Assembly: GCF_963921235.1 (NCBI RefSeq)
Contig: NC_086097.1
Location: forward strand, 19,780,001 to 19,840,000
Length of the DNA stretch: 60,000 nt
Direction: 5' to 3'
Origin: Mobula hypostoma
Lineage: Eukaryota
The notes beneath the pieces are model-generated. The model saw nothing but the letters and a program-made list of their open reading frames with translations. It did no database searches and was not told where the DNA came from. Shown here piece after piece: positions 25,355 to 37,687 of this stretch (positions within the stretch are counted from its first letter, which is position 1; every line of letters begins with the position of its first letter). The translations under genes and the position numbers were made by a program.

Positions 25355-28351
25355 GTATTTCATTTGCCACTTTCTTGCCCATTCTCCTAATTTGTCTAAG
25401 TCCTTCTGCATCCTACCTGTTCCCTCAACACTACCTGCCCCTCCATGAATCTTCTTATCATCTGCAAACTTGGCAACAAAACCTTCTATTCCATCATCTA
25501 AATCACTGATACACAGCATAAAAAGCAGTGGTCCCAACCCCGATCCCTGTGGAACACCACTGGTCACTGGCAGCCAACCAGAAAAGGATAATTTTATTCC
25601 CACCCCCTGCCTTGTACCAATCAGCCAATGCTCTAACCATGTTAGTAACTTTACTGTACTAGTATGGGCTCTTAATTTGATAAGCACCCTCATGTGTGGC
25701 ACCTTGTCAAAGGCCTTCTGAAAGTCCAAATATACAATATCCACTGCATTCCCTTCATCTATCCTACTTGTAATCTCCTCAAAGAATTCCAACAGGTTTG
25801 TCAGGTAAGATGTTCCCTTAAGGAAACCCTGCTGACTTTGTCCTGTGTCACCAAGTACCCCATAACCTCATCCTTAACAATTGACTCCAACATCTTCCCA
25901 ACCACTGAGGTCAGGCTAACTGGTCAATAATTTCCTTTCTGCTGCCTTCCTCCTTTCTTAAAGAGTAGAGTGACATTTGCAATTTTCCACTCCTCTGGCA
26001 CCATGCCAGAGTCCAATGATTTTTGAAAGATCATCGCTACTGCCTCCACACCACCTCTTTCAGAACCCTAGGCTGCAGTTCATCTGGTCCAGGTGATGTA
26101 TGTACCTTAGGTCTTTATGCTTTTGCGCACCTTCTCCCTTGTAATAGTAACTGCACCTATTTCTCTTCCTTCATACGCTACAACATCTGGCACACTGCCA
26201 GTGTTTTCTACAGTGAAGACTGATGTAAAGTACTCATTTAGTTCATCTGCCATTCCTTGTCCTCCATTATTATTTCTCCTGCCTCATTTTCTAGCGGTCC
26301 TCTATCCACTTTCGTCTCGCTTTTACTTCTTACATACTTGAGAAACCTTTTACTATCCACTTTGATATTGTATGCTGGCTTGCTTTCATATTTTGTATTT
26401 TCCCTTCTACTGATTCATTTAGTTGCTCTCTGTAGTTTTAAAAGCTCCCCAAACCTCGATCTTCCCACTAATTTTTGCTTTGTTGTATGCCCTGTCTTTT
26501 GTTTTTACGTTAGCTTTGACTTCCCTTGTCAGTCATGGTTGTACTATTTTGCCATTTGAGTATTTCTTTATTTTTGAAAAAATCTACCCTGTACTTTCCT
26601 CATTTTTCCCAGAAACACATGCCATTGCTGTTCTGCTGTCGTCCTTGCCAGCATCTCCTTCCAACTTACTTTGGCCAACTCCTCTCTCGTACCACTGTAA
26701 TTTCCCTTACTCCACTGAAATACTGCTACGTCAGACTTTACTCTCTCCCTATCAAATTTCAAGTTGTACTCAATTTTGTTGTGATCACTGGCTCCTAATG
26801 GCTCTTTGACCTGACACTCCCTCATTGCCCCTGGTTCACTACATAACACCCAATCCAGTCTAGTAGGCTCAATGACAAACTGCTTTAAAAAGCTCTCTCT
26901 TGAGCATTCAACAAACTCACTCTCTTGAGAGTCATTACCAACCTAATTTTCCCAATCGACTTGCATGTTAAAATCTCCCATGACTACCATAACATTGCCC
27001 TTTTGACATGCCTTTTCTATTTCCTGTTGTAATCTGTAGGCGATATCCCAGCCACTGTTGGGAGACCTGTATATGACAGCCTTCGACATCCTTTTACCCT
27101 TGCATTTTCTTAACTCAACCCACAAGGAATCAACATCTTCCAATGCTAAGTCACAACTTTTCACTGATTTGATATCATTCTTTACCAGTAGAGCTACACC
27201 ACCCCGTCCTTCAACCTTCCTATCCCTCGGACACAACATGTAACTTTGGACATTCAGCTCCCAACTACAACCATCCTTCAGCCACGATTCAGTGATGGCC
27301 ACGTCATACCCAAAAATCTGTAGAAGTGCAACAAGATCATCCACTTTATTTCTTATACTCAGTGCATTGAGATATAACACTTTGGGTACTGTATTTGCGA
27401 CCATTTTTGATTCTGCATCCCTAATGCACTGATACTCATCCAGCTGACTGCAATTTTGTTCTGTCATCTGTCTGCCCTTCCTAACAGTCTGACTGCACAC
27501 TATCTTTGCTTTTTTACTATCCGTCCTATCCTGATTTCCTTCATTCTGGTTCCCTCCCCGCTGCCAAATTAGTTTAAACCCTTCCCAACAGCTTTAACAA
27601 ACCTGCCCGCGAGGATATTGGTCCCCCTCAGGTTCAGGTGCAACCTGTCCCTTTTATACAAGTCATACCTCCCCCAGAAGAGATCCCAAAGATCCAAGAA
27701 CCTAAAGCCTTAATCCCTGCACAGGCTTCTTGGCCACACATTTATCTGCCAAATCATCCTGTTTCTACCCTCACTGGCACGTGGCACAGGTAGTAATCCA
27801 GAAATCTCTATCCTGGAGGTCCTGCTTCTCAGCTTTCTACTTAGTTCTCTAATTTCTCTCTTCAGGACCTCTTTGCTTTTCCTTCCTCTGTCATTGGTAC
27901 CAATATATATGAAGACATCTGGCTGCTCTCCCTCCCTCTATAAAGTGCTGTGGACACGATCCGAGATGACCCTGACCCTGGCACCTGGGAGGCGACATAC
28001 CATTCAGGTGTCCCATTCACATCCACAGAATCTCCTGTCTGTTCCCCTGACTATTGAGTCCTCTATCACTACTGCTCCCCTCTTCTCCCTCTTTCCCTTC
28101 TGCACCATGGACCCAAGCTCAGTGCCAGTAACCTGGTCTCTGTGGCATTCTCCTGGGAAGTCATCCCCCACATATAAAACTGTATACTTATTTTTTGAGG
28201 GGAATGACCACAGGTGTGCTCCCCACTAACTGCCTATTCACATTTCCATTTCTCCTGACAGTCACCCAGCTGCTCGCCTCCTGGAATTTAGGGGTGACTA
28301 CTTCCCTGTAACTCTGATTGATTATCTCCTCAGTCTCCCGTTAATCTGGGT

Positions 28352-28660
28352 GTGGCACAGTGACTCAGCTGGTGAAGATGCTGCCTCAACAACCCAAGGA
28401 CCTCGGAATGCTGTCTATGTGGAGTTTGCATGCTGTCCCGCTGAGTGTGTGCCCCAGCATCCTCCATCATCCCAGAGATGTCAGGTTGGTAGGTTATTCA
28501 GCGGCTATAGATTGCAGGTAAGTGGCTGAAAATGGGGATGTTGACGGGAGTGTGGGGGCAACAAAATGGGATGACTGTAAGACTGGTGTAAGTGAGTGTT
28601 TGACATTTAGTATGGACAGTGGACTGAAGGACCTGTTTTCATACTGGATGTCTCTGTGGT
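28352..28660 (+). mobile_element. Degenerate HE1/V-SINE-like element
   Basis: TGGCACAGTG A-box-like head and a GTGGAGTTTGCATG core. Confidence 0.55.
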
Positions 28661-28664
28661 TAAT

Positions 28665-28956
28665 AGAACATAGAACATAGAATAGTACAGCACAGTACAG
28701 GCCCTTCAGCCCACAATGTTGTGCTGACCCTTAAACCCTGCCTCCCATATAACCCCCCACCTTAAATTCCTCCATATACCTGTCTAGTACTCTCTTAAAC
28801 TTCACTAGTGTATCTGCCTCCACCACTGACTCAGGCAGTGCATTCCACGCACCAACCACTCTCTGAGTAAAAAACCTTCCTCTAATATCCCCCTTGAACT
28901 TCCCACCCCTTCCCTTAAAGCCATGTCCTCTTGTATTGAGCAGTGGTGCCCTGGGG
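28665..28956 (-). mobile_element. CR1-type 3' end
   Basis: (ATAGAAC)n tail; RVVGAWNALP on the reverse strand. Confidence 0.7.
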
Positions 28957-29870
28957 CATTAATCTGAAGAGTCATTGAATTTGACAATGAATAAGCTTTA
29001 ATTAAACATAATCATTCGAGATTCAAGACTGTTTATTGTCAATTGTCAGTACAGAAGTGTAAAGGAGAACGAAATGATTGTCACCCTGAATCATAATGCA
29101 GACTAAAAACACACAATAAGCACAAAAACACAATATAAATAAATACAAATACATTAGATTAGTTGATATACCTGGACTGATTGTACGTGCATAAAGTGAC
29201 ACTTGGTATAGGAGCACTAACACAAGAGATTCTGCAGATGCTGGAAATCCAGAGTAACACATGCTCAGCAGGTCAGGCAGCATCCATGGAAACAAATGAA
29301 AAGGCAACAGGAGAATCTGTACATAAGGTGACTCTGGCAAGAAATTATAAAGTGGGGAGCTTGGTGGGGTGGGTTAATGGGTGGGGGTGTTGATCAGTCT
29401 GATGGCTTAGGTTAGGGGAAGTAACTGCTTTTGAGTCTGGTGGTCCTGACATAGATGATCTGTAGCCTCCTCCCTGATGGGAGTGGGGACGAACAGTCCA
29501 TAAGCAGGGTGGGTGGAATCCTTCATGGTGAGAATTTGGACCTCTGAGTCACAGAGTTTTACAGCAAAGAAACAGGCCCAGCTTGTCCATGCTGTTTAAC
29601 TGAGCTAGTCCTATTTGCCTGCATTTGGCCCATATCGTTGTAAACCTTCTCTATCCGTGTACCTGTCCAAATACCAGCCCGTGATTAATGAGTCTATTAC
29701 GCCCGCTGTATGGCACTCGTTGTCACCCTGAATGCTTGCATTAATGTGTGCTGCTAAAGCCTACCACAATAACACGTAACATTACCATGTAGGAACGATT
29801 ACTAACATAGCCCTATAGTCAGACATAGCCCCAGGCAGTCTTTGTTTATGTACAGTTTTTCATAAATTCT

Positions 29871-32800
29871 TTTTTTTTGCTCAACATAACAAAACTTTCA
29901 ATTTACAGATACATTTACATTTACATTTCTTCCCCTCACAGATATCAGCTATCAGAACACTTCCATCAAAATATAGACATAACCCCAACATCCTGTACAA
30001 AAGCCCTTATTAGTATAGCAGACAGGCTTGTATCTACATACTGCAGAAAGGGTTGCCATGTTTTATGAAAACTATTTGCTTTTGAGTGTACCATACATGT
30101 CAAAAAGTCCAAAGGAATGTATTCCATGATTAATTTATGCCAACCAAAAAGTCCAGGGGCCTTATTGGATATCCAACAAAGTAAAATGTTCTTCCTTGCA
30201 CAAAAAGTCAGGATGTTAAAAAGTTTTTTCCTGATGTGCATTAATAATACGACTGCTGGGTAAGCCTAAGAGAAAAGACACAGGGTCCAGTTCGAGCTCC
30301 ATCTTCAGAATCTGTTCCATTTCACCCAAAGTATCACTCCGGTATGCCTGAAGCTTGGGACAAGTCCAAAAACAGTGGGTGAAAGTTCCAGTATTTACTT
30401 TACATTTAGAACACATTGGAGAAACCCCCGTCTTAAATTTCGACAGACAATCCGGAGTCAGATGGACTCTACGCGGCATTTTGAGTTGCAGTGCTTTAGT
30501 TCTATTACAAACTGAAATTTTCTTTGCATTATCACAGACGTCTTCCCATGTTTCAGCTGTAATGTCTACTCCCAGCTCTTCCTCCCAGACCCTTCCCAAC
30601 TGCTCAGCCTCTCCACAAGAACATTCCCTCCGGATGCTGTAAAAAGTACTAATAGAGACTTCACCCTTAGAATGAAACACCCTGTTTTCAATGTCAGAAC
30701 TATAGAAATCAGTTAGCAATGATGTTTTTTTCTGTAATAATCTCTTATCTGAAAGAAACGAAAAAGATCCTTGCTGGGTATGTTAAATTTCTGTACTATT
30801 TGACTAAAAGACATCATCGTTCCTTCATCAAACAAATCTCCAAGATGGAAAATACCCTTAGAAATCCAGAGTTTAAATCCAGAATCCATTATGCCAGGCT
30901 GAAAATCTGGACTGCTGGTTATTGGAGTGAAGGGTGATATTTTCACTGCGTTGCCCTCAATTTATCGCACCGCCCTTCAAGCCCTGACTGTATTAATTGT
31001 TATCCGATTGAGACAATATTCCTTAACTAGCTTCATCTTATTGAGGAAATGCAAGTTAATAAGAGGGCATTTTGCTTGTGAAGCTTCAATGTCTAGCCAA
31101 ATTGAAGAGGGGTCCCTGCAAACCCAGTCAACCACATAAGATAAAAAGGAACTTAGTTGATATTTTTTGATGTCTGGAAAATCCAGACCCCCAGACTACT
31201 GGGAAGCTGTAACTTAGACATTTTAATACAGGGTCTTTTTTTGTTCCAGATGAAAGAAACAAACCAGCCATTTATTTTTTTTTAGTATTTATTGGGTAAA
31301 AATGACTGGAATCATTCGTATTGGGTAAGGCAGACATGGAAGAATGTTAATTTTGAGCAAGGATATTCGGCCAAGCCAAGAAATGGGAAGAGTGCTCCAT
31401 CACTCAAGATCCTGTTTGATTTTGTCAAATAACTGTATAAAGTTAGCTTTGAACAATTGATCAAACGTAGGTGTGATAAATATGCGTAAGTAAACAAAAC
31501 CTGTCTGCAAGCATTTAAAGAGGAAAACACCCTGCCTGTCAGGTACCTGCTACAGATTCCCCAGAGGCATAGCCTCTGATTTAGTAAAGCTGATTTTATA
31601 ACCCGACAAGGAGCTAAATGAATTGATGCATTGTATAAGGTGGTGCACTGATATAGCAGGGTTTGATAAGAAAATTAGAACGTCATCCACATACAACGTA
31701 ATTTTATGTGCCTTTAGTCCTATGTTTGGAGCAGATATTTTGGGGTCTCGCCGAATAGCCTCAGCCAATGGCTTGATCTCCCACTTAATAAAATTATTGC
31801 CCAAACCAAATCATTCTGAAGTGATAAAAAGATACGGCCATTCAAAATGATCAAAGGCCTTTTCTGCATCTAAGGAAACCACCATGCTGTCCACTGCCTG
31901 TTGCTGACATGCCTGAATCACATCAAGTAATCTTCTGATATTGTTAGATGATCTACGGCCTTTTACAACACCCGTTTGATCCTATTTTATGATAAAAGGT
32001 AACACAGTTTCAATTCGCAACACTAAGGTTTTAGATAAGGTTTAAAAGTCAACATTTGACAATGAAATAGGCCTGTAGGAGGCACAATCTTCAGAGCTCT
32101 TTCCTTTCTTAAGAATTAGGGAGATATTAGCTTCTCTCAATGATGGTGGGAGGAGACCACAATTAAATGCATGATTGAACATGTTTAGCATAGGCTCTGA
32201 TAATAACCCTGTGAACCCTTCATAGAATTCACTAGTGAGTCCATCAGGACCAGGGGCCTTTCCACTTTGGAGCTGTCTCACAGCTTCCTGTATCTCATGT
32301 ATAGATAACAGAGCATTGAGGAGGGACTCTTGTTCAGAAGAAATGCCTGGGAGATCTAAATTCCTGAAAAAGGATTCCATCCTAGATTGTCCATCATTAC
32401 ATTACTCAGATTGATTGACACAGTTTAGAATAAAAATTCTTAAACACAACATTAATCATTTTAGAATTACTAGTGAGGGCTCCTGTCCCATCCCTAATTG
32501 AAGCAATAGTCTGAGAGGCATTTTTCTTTCTGGCCAAGTAAGCCAAATACCTACCTGGTTTTTCACCATGTTCAAACAATTGTTGTTTAGCAAATGTCAA
32601 TTTTCTTTTGGCTGCTTGTGTAAGTAAAGAGTTTAGTGTACAGCGTAGGGTTGTGATATTCTGTAACTTCGTTGCAGAAGACTTACTAATATAATCCTTT
32701 TCAGCTGCCGCAAGCCTTGTTTCCACTAGGCGCTGCTGTTCTGCAGCTTGTCGCTTCTTACTAGCAGGGTAGGAGATAATTAATCCCCTTGCATAGGCCT

Positions 32801-33274
32801 TAGCGGTTTCCCAGAGCATTGATGGACTACCAGCTGATTCGGAATTAATAGATAGGAAAGTTTTGAATTCAGAAGTAAAATAGTCTATAAATTTATTATC
32901 TTTTAGAATAAATGGATTCAGCCTCCAATGTCTAGATCATGCTGAATTATCTTTGGGCTTAATATGTAAATATACTGCTGCATGGTCAGAAATAGTGATA
33001 TTTCCAATAGTGCAGGATACAACTAAATCTAGGAAGGTTTTGGGGTTAGAAAAAAGTCTATTCTGGTGTAACATTTGTGTGGATTAGAAAAAAATGTGAA
33101 GTCTTTGTCTGAGGGATGTAACAACCTCCAGACATCCACGTAAAGTCCTAGTTCTCCACGTAAGCCCATGATTTGTTTGGACTGTGAGGAGAGCAATGGG
33201 GGACCTCTAGGCACTCTGTCCATCAATGGGTCCATGAGACAATTAAAATCCCCATCTACAATAAGGTTTTGTAT
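29871..33274 (-). mobile_element. L1-clade LINE, 5'-truncated in the endonuclease, degenerate ORF2
   Basis: GDFNCLMDP, TFFSNPHKCYTRIDFF, LWETAKAYARG, KAPGPDG, YRPISL, YVDDVL and the C-terminal CSKC..GTFTHCFWTC knuckle; oligo-A tail (T run 29871-29878); ATAAATTCT TSD at 29862-29870 and 33275-33283. Confidence 0.9.
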
Positions 33275-33734
33275 ATAAATTCTATTGTGTTTCTTTATGT
33301 TTCTGTAAATGCCTGCAAGAATATGTATCTCAAAGTAGTACATGGTGACATACACATCCTTTGACAATAAATTCACTTTGACTTTAGCTGCTGGTCAGAA
33401 TATAATGTGGTTTGTTAAAGTCTAGTAAAGAAGACACACAAGTCTGAATCATTTTGGAGAATTCTCATGGCACCTTTTATTTTTTTTCCATGTGAATGTA
33501 ATCTTTTTATACAGAAATTCAAACGAGAAACACATAATTTTAATAACTACAGTTTGATATATTTCAATATCCAGGTTACCCCAGTGGAACTTGGGTCACA
33601 GTATGTACAATATTTACAGTGGTTCCACATTCCAATACACTTCAGGTCCATCCAGCTAATAAATCATAGAGTCATAGAGCACTACAGCGCAGATGCAGAC
33701 AGACCCTTCAGCCTATCTAGTCTGTACCGTATTG

Positions 33735-34130
33735 TTAGAACACAGAACATAGAAGCGTACAGCACAGGAACAGGCCCTTCGGCCCACAAATGTTGTGCCG
33801 ACCAAATAAATTAGTAAGGAAATGGCCAACTAAACTAACCTGTTATACCTACACAATGTCCGTATCCCCCTATTTTCCTCATATTCCTGTCCTATCTAAA
33901 GGTTTTTTAAAAGTCCACAATTATCTGCCTCTATCAACACCCCAGGCAGCGCACTCCAAGCACCCACCACTCTCTGTGTATAAGAAACTTTGCCCCTCAC
34001 ATCTTCTTTAAAATTACTCCCTCTCAACTTAAATGCATGCTCTCTGGTATTAGACATTTCAACCCTGGGGAAAAGACGCTGTCTGTCTACGCTATCTATG
34101 CCTCTCATAACCTTATAAGCCTCTATAATT
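33735..34130 (-). mobile_element. CR1-type 3' end
   Basis: TQRVVGAWSALP motif and an (AGAAC)-type tail. Confidence 0.7.
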
Positions 34131-35619
34131 CTACCTAGTCCCGCTGACTTGTACCTGGACCATAACCCTCCATACCCCTCCCATCCAGGTACTTATCCAA
34201 ACTTCTTTCAAATGCTAAAATTAAAATGGCCACGGGGCAATGAGAGAAGAAAGAATGGGCATGATTTGGAGGTTGCATGCTGCTGGGGAAGGAACTCTGA
34301 TGCCTCGATAATGTCACTGGCTACTAAGTTCCCCACTTGGACAAGGTCTGAAGGTCATTGGATCCCCAGGCACAGGTCTACCTCATTCATTCAGTTTCAG
34401 CCCAACCCACGTTCACTTAGATCCACTTCGAGCACCAAGAAATTCATGCCACCTGTTCGGAGAAGCTGCTAGATGGGAACGTATTCACATCTCCAGAATC
34501 TCATTATCTCTGCTACACGAGACAAGTTCCAGCATGTATGAGAGTGTTCCGTTCAAACTTCCTGCATCAGTGGTGGGTTTGAACCACACAGGCAAAAGCA
34601 AGTTGCCTGTCATTCACATTATTACATTTGTCCAATAGACAGACAGAGTTGGATCACTTACCTCTGCCGAGGGTGTCGAAGTGAAAAAAAAATTGTATAA
34701 AACATGCCTACATCTATTCTCAAAGTATCCCCACCAAAGCAATTCTGACTGAAATGCCCTCTAACTTCCAAGAATGTGTTTCCCTCTGCGTTATAACCAG
34801 CCAGAACGGAGATGAGTGGGTAATTGAACCGACAATCAAATTTGGTGACAGTGCTGCTTTAAGTGAACAAGTGACACATACAGAATGCTGGAAGAACTGA
34901 GCAAGTCAGGCAGCATCTATGGAGCAAAGTGAACAGTCAACATTTCAGGCTGAAACCCTTCACCAGGGTTGGAAAGGGGAGGAAGCCAGAATAAGAGGGT
35001 GGGGAGTGGAAGGAGACTGGGATTGATTAAGTAAATGAGACCAGTTTTAACCTTACAATTTAAACACAGGCAACCTCCATAGATTACCATAGTCTGTATT
35101 ATAATATATTATGCTGGGGAAGTTTCCCTGCTTTTGCTGGCAGAAGCTGCTGCGGTTTCTATTCCTCTGCTCATTAAATAGATACTGCTTTCTGTATAAA
35201 TTGTCATTGTTGCACGATAAACAGTTTGATCAAGTTATACTCCCACCTGCAGATATCATAGGCTGGCATGGGGCTGTCAATAACTATTCTCTTTATAAAA
35301 TGACAGGTACAGGTTTTACCTGGTTGTAGGATAGCTTGATCGTTAGGCAAAAACAAAATACTCAGATTATATTCCATTGTTTAAATTTAATTTCCCTGGT
35401 CCCTAGTGCAATTAGATGGAGTCTTGACCTCACACTCTACCTCGTTTTCATCTTGTAGGTTATTGTCCAACTGCACTGCAATTTCACTGCATCTGTTACG
35501 CTTTATTCTCTATTGTTTATTCTGTCTCAGTGCTCTATGCAATAGACCATAAAACAAAGGATTAGAATTAGGTGCCTACAATCTATATTTGATTTGATCT
35601 GGATGAATAGTATTGCGAG

Positions 35620-35820
35620 TAACACGCACAAAATAACAGGTCAGGCAGCATCTATGGAGAGGAATAAAGAGTCGACATTTCAGGCTGAGACCCTTCATCA
35701 GGACTCAGGGTCGCAACCTGAAACATCGACTCTTTATTCCTCTCCACAGATGCTGCCTGACCTGCGGAGTTCTTCCAGCATTTTGTGTGTGTTCTTCTGC
35801 ATTTCCAGCATCTGCAGAAT
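35620..35820. repeat. Fold-back element made of two inverted Penelope termini
   Basis: 58-bp arms at 35637-35694 and 35707-35764 with about 5 mismatches and a 12-nt loop. Confidence 0.8.
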
Positions 35821-36184
35821 GTATTGTGTTTACGATTAACAGTACAGGAATTTCACTGTATCTTGGTACCTGTAGAAATAAACACCAATACTGTACCAAA
35901 CACCTATTGAAACAGTATTTGTTGGAAATAAACAAATGTGTCAGGCACTATGTGTGGAGAAAGAAGAATTGATAATGTTTTAGGACTCAGACCTTTCAAC
36001 AGGGCAGAAGAAAGTTAAAGGCATGATGCAGAGAAGGAAGGACACGGCTGCAAAATGTCACAGACCTTAAACATTAACTCTCTGTCTCCACAGATACTGA
36101 TTGACATGCTGAACATTTGTATCACTCTGATTCTATACATCTTACTTTCACTACGACTTGGAGTTCTCATTGGATTTTTCTAAA

Positions 36185-36580
36185 CTTGCTGGAGTTGAGA
36201 AGCATGAGGAGGGATCTCATTGAAATTAACTGAATACTGAAAGGCCTAGATTGAGTGGATGTGGAGAGAATGTTTTCCATAGTGGGGGAGTCTAGGACCA
36301 GAGAGAACAGCCTCAGAATAGAAGGGCATCCCTTTGGAACAGAGATGAGGAGGAATGTCTTGAGCCAGAGGTTGGTGAATCTGTGGAACTCATTGTCACA
36401 AATGATTGTGGAAGCCAAGTCATTGAGTATATTCAAAGCAGAGTAGGTGCTGGCTTAGTAAGGGTGTCAAAGGTTACAGGGAGAAGGCAGGAGAACGGAG
36501 TCGAGGGGAAAAATAAATCCGCCATGATTGAATGGCAGAGCAGACTCCATGACCTAATTCTGCTCCTACATTTTATGGAC
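36185..36580 (+). mobile_element. CR1 3' fragment
   Basis: ERMFSIVGESRTR..SLRIEG and QRLVNLWNSL motifs. Confidence 0.75.
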
Positions 36581-36871
36581 TTAGCAGTTGATAAGAAAGT
36601 GATTGCTTCTATGGGAGAGGCCTGTTAACCAAAGACTTCCCATTGGAAGTTACCATTTATTGGCATCCTTGCACAATTCATTTCTCACTGAAGACACTGA
36701 CTTCAATTCACCTTTCCTATGGCTCCTGTCTTTAGGAAACTACAAGACAGTATCGCAGCAGCAGGAGTATTTGCCCAATTTGGAATGAATATAGATCCCT
36801 TAATCTCAAACAAGTCCTGAGTTTGGACATTTAATGTCATTGGTTAGGCTTTCAGTTGAACATGGAGTAAC

Positions 36872-37687
36872 AAACTTGGAATATTGTCTTCAGTTCAGGT
36901 CACCTCATTATAGGAAGGATGTAGAAGCTTTAGAGAAGGTGCAGAGGAGATTGACCAGGTGCTGCCTGGATTAGAGAGCACGCCTTATGAGGAAAGGTTG
37001 AATGAGCTAGGGCTTTTCTCTTTGGAGTGAAGGAGGATGAGATGTGACTTTCTTCGAGGTGTACAAGATGATAAGAAGCATGGATAAAATGGACAGCAAC
37101 AAATTTTTTTTCCCAGGGTTTTTTAAAATCATGTCACACCAGACAGTTAGCCATTCTTGTCTGGCGCATAGTGTCAGGATTGGTCTCCTTTCGAATTAAC
37201 TGGGTCACCATATGAACGTTCCTGACTTGACCCTTTTATTTTTTACGAGGCCAAGTGGCTAGCTCGACGCTCAACCCGGCACCGATGGAAAGCGTGCACG
37301 GGGGATGGCCCGAATTGGATTCGAACTCGGGAACCTTCGCCCCGGAGTCCGGCGCTGATGCCACTGTGCCACCAGCCGGCCAGGGTGAGAATGGCCAATA
37401 GGAGAGGGCATAATTTCAAGGTGATCAGAGCTAAGTGTAGAGGGAAGTCAGAGGTAAGTTCTTTACATGGGGAGTGTTGGGTGCATGGAACACCCTGTCA
37501 GAGGTGGTGCAAGAGGCAGGTACATTTGGGGCATTTAAAGAACTATTAGGTAAGTATGTGGATGATAGGAAAATGGAATGCTATGTAGGATGGAAGGAGT
37601 TCATCGATCTTAGTGTAGGTTAAAAGGTTGGCACAACATCGTGGGCCGAAGGGTCTGTACTGTGCTGTAGTGTTCTATGTTCTATGT
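36872..37687 (+). mobile_element. CR1 3' fragment interrupted by a SINE
   Basis: RT C-terminal remnant and a TTCTATGTTCTATG tail. Confidence 0.7.
37120..37379 (-). mobile_element. tRNA-derived SINE (distinct from HE1) with TSD
   Basis: Minus strand reads CCGGCTGGTGGCACAGTGG (A box)...GAGTTCGAATCC (B box); CpG-rich; A-rich end; CCAGGGT duplicated at 37113-37119 and 37380-37386. Confidence 0.75.

Larger units (their letters stand above)
23600..28330 (-). mobile_element. Older degenerate CR1 LINE (ORF1 esterase remnant + ORF2), interrupted at 24021-25354
   Basis: AITESWL, MGDFN, LGASDHN, YLDFQKAFD, GVPQGS, FADD and RPHLEYC motifs; many frameshifts and stops. Confidence 0.88.

Noticed and set aside
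37310..37381. tRNA gene
   Set aside because: A and B boxes are present, but there is no convincing cloverleaf or terminator; it continues into a SINE body flanked by a TSD.
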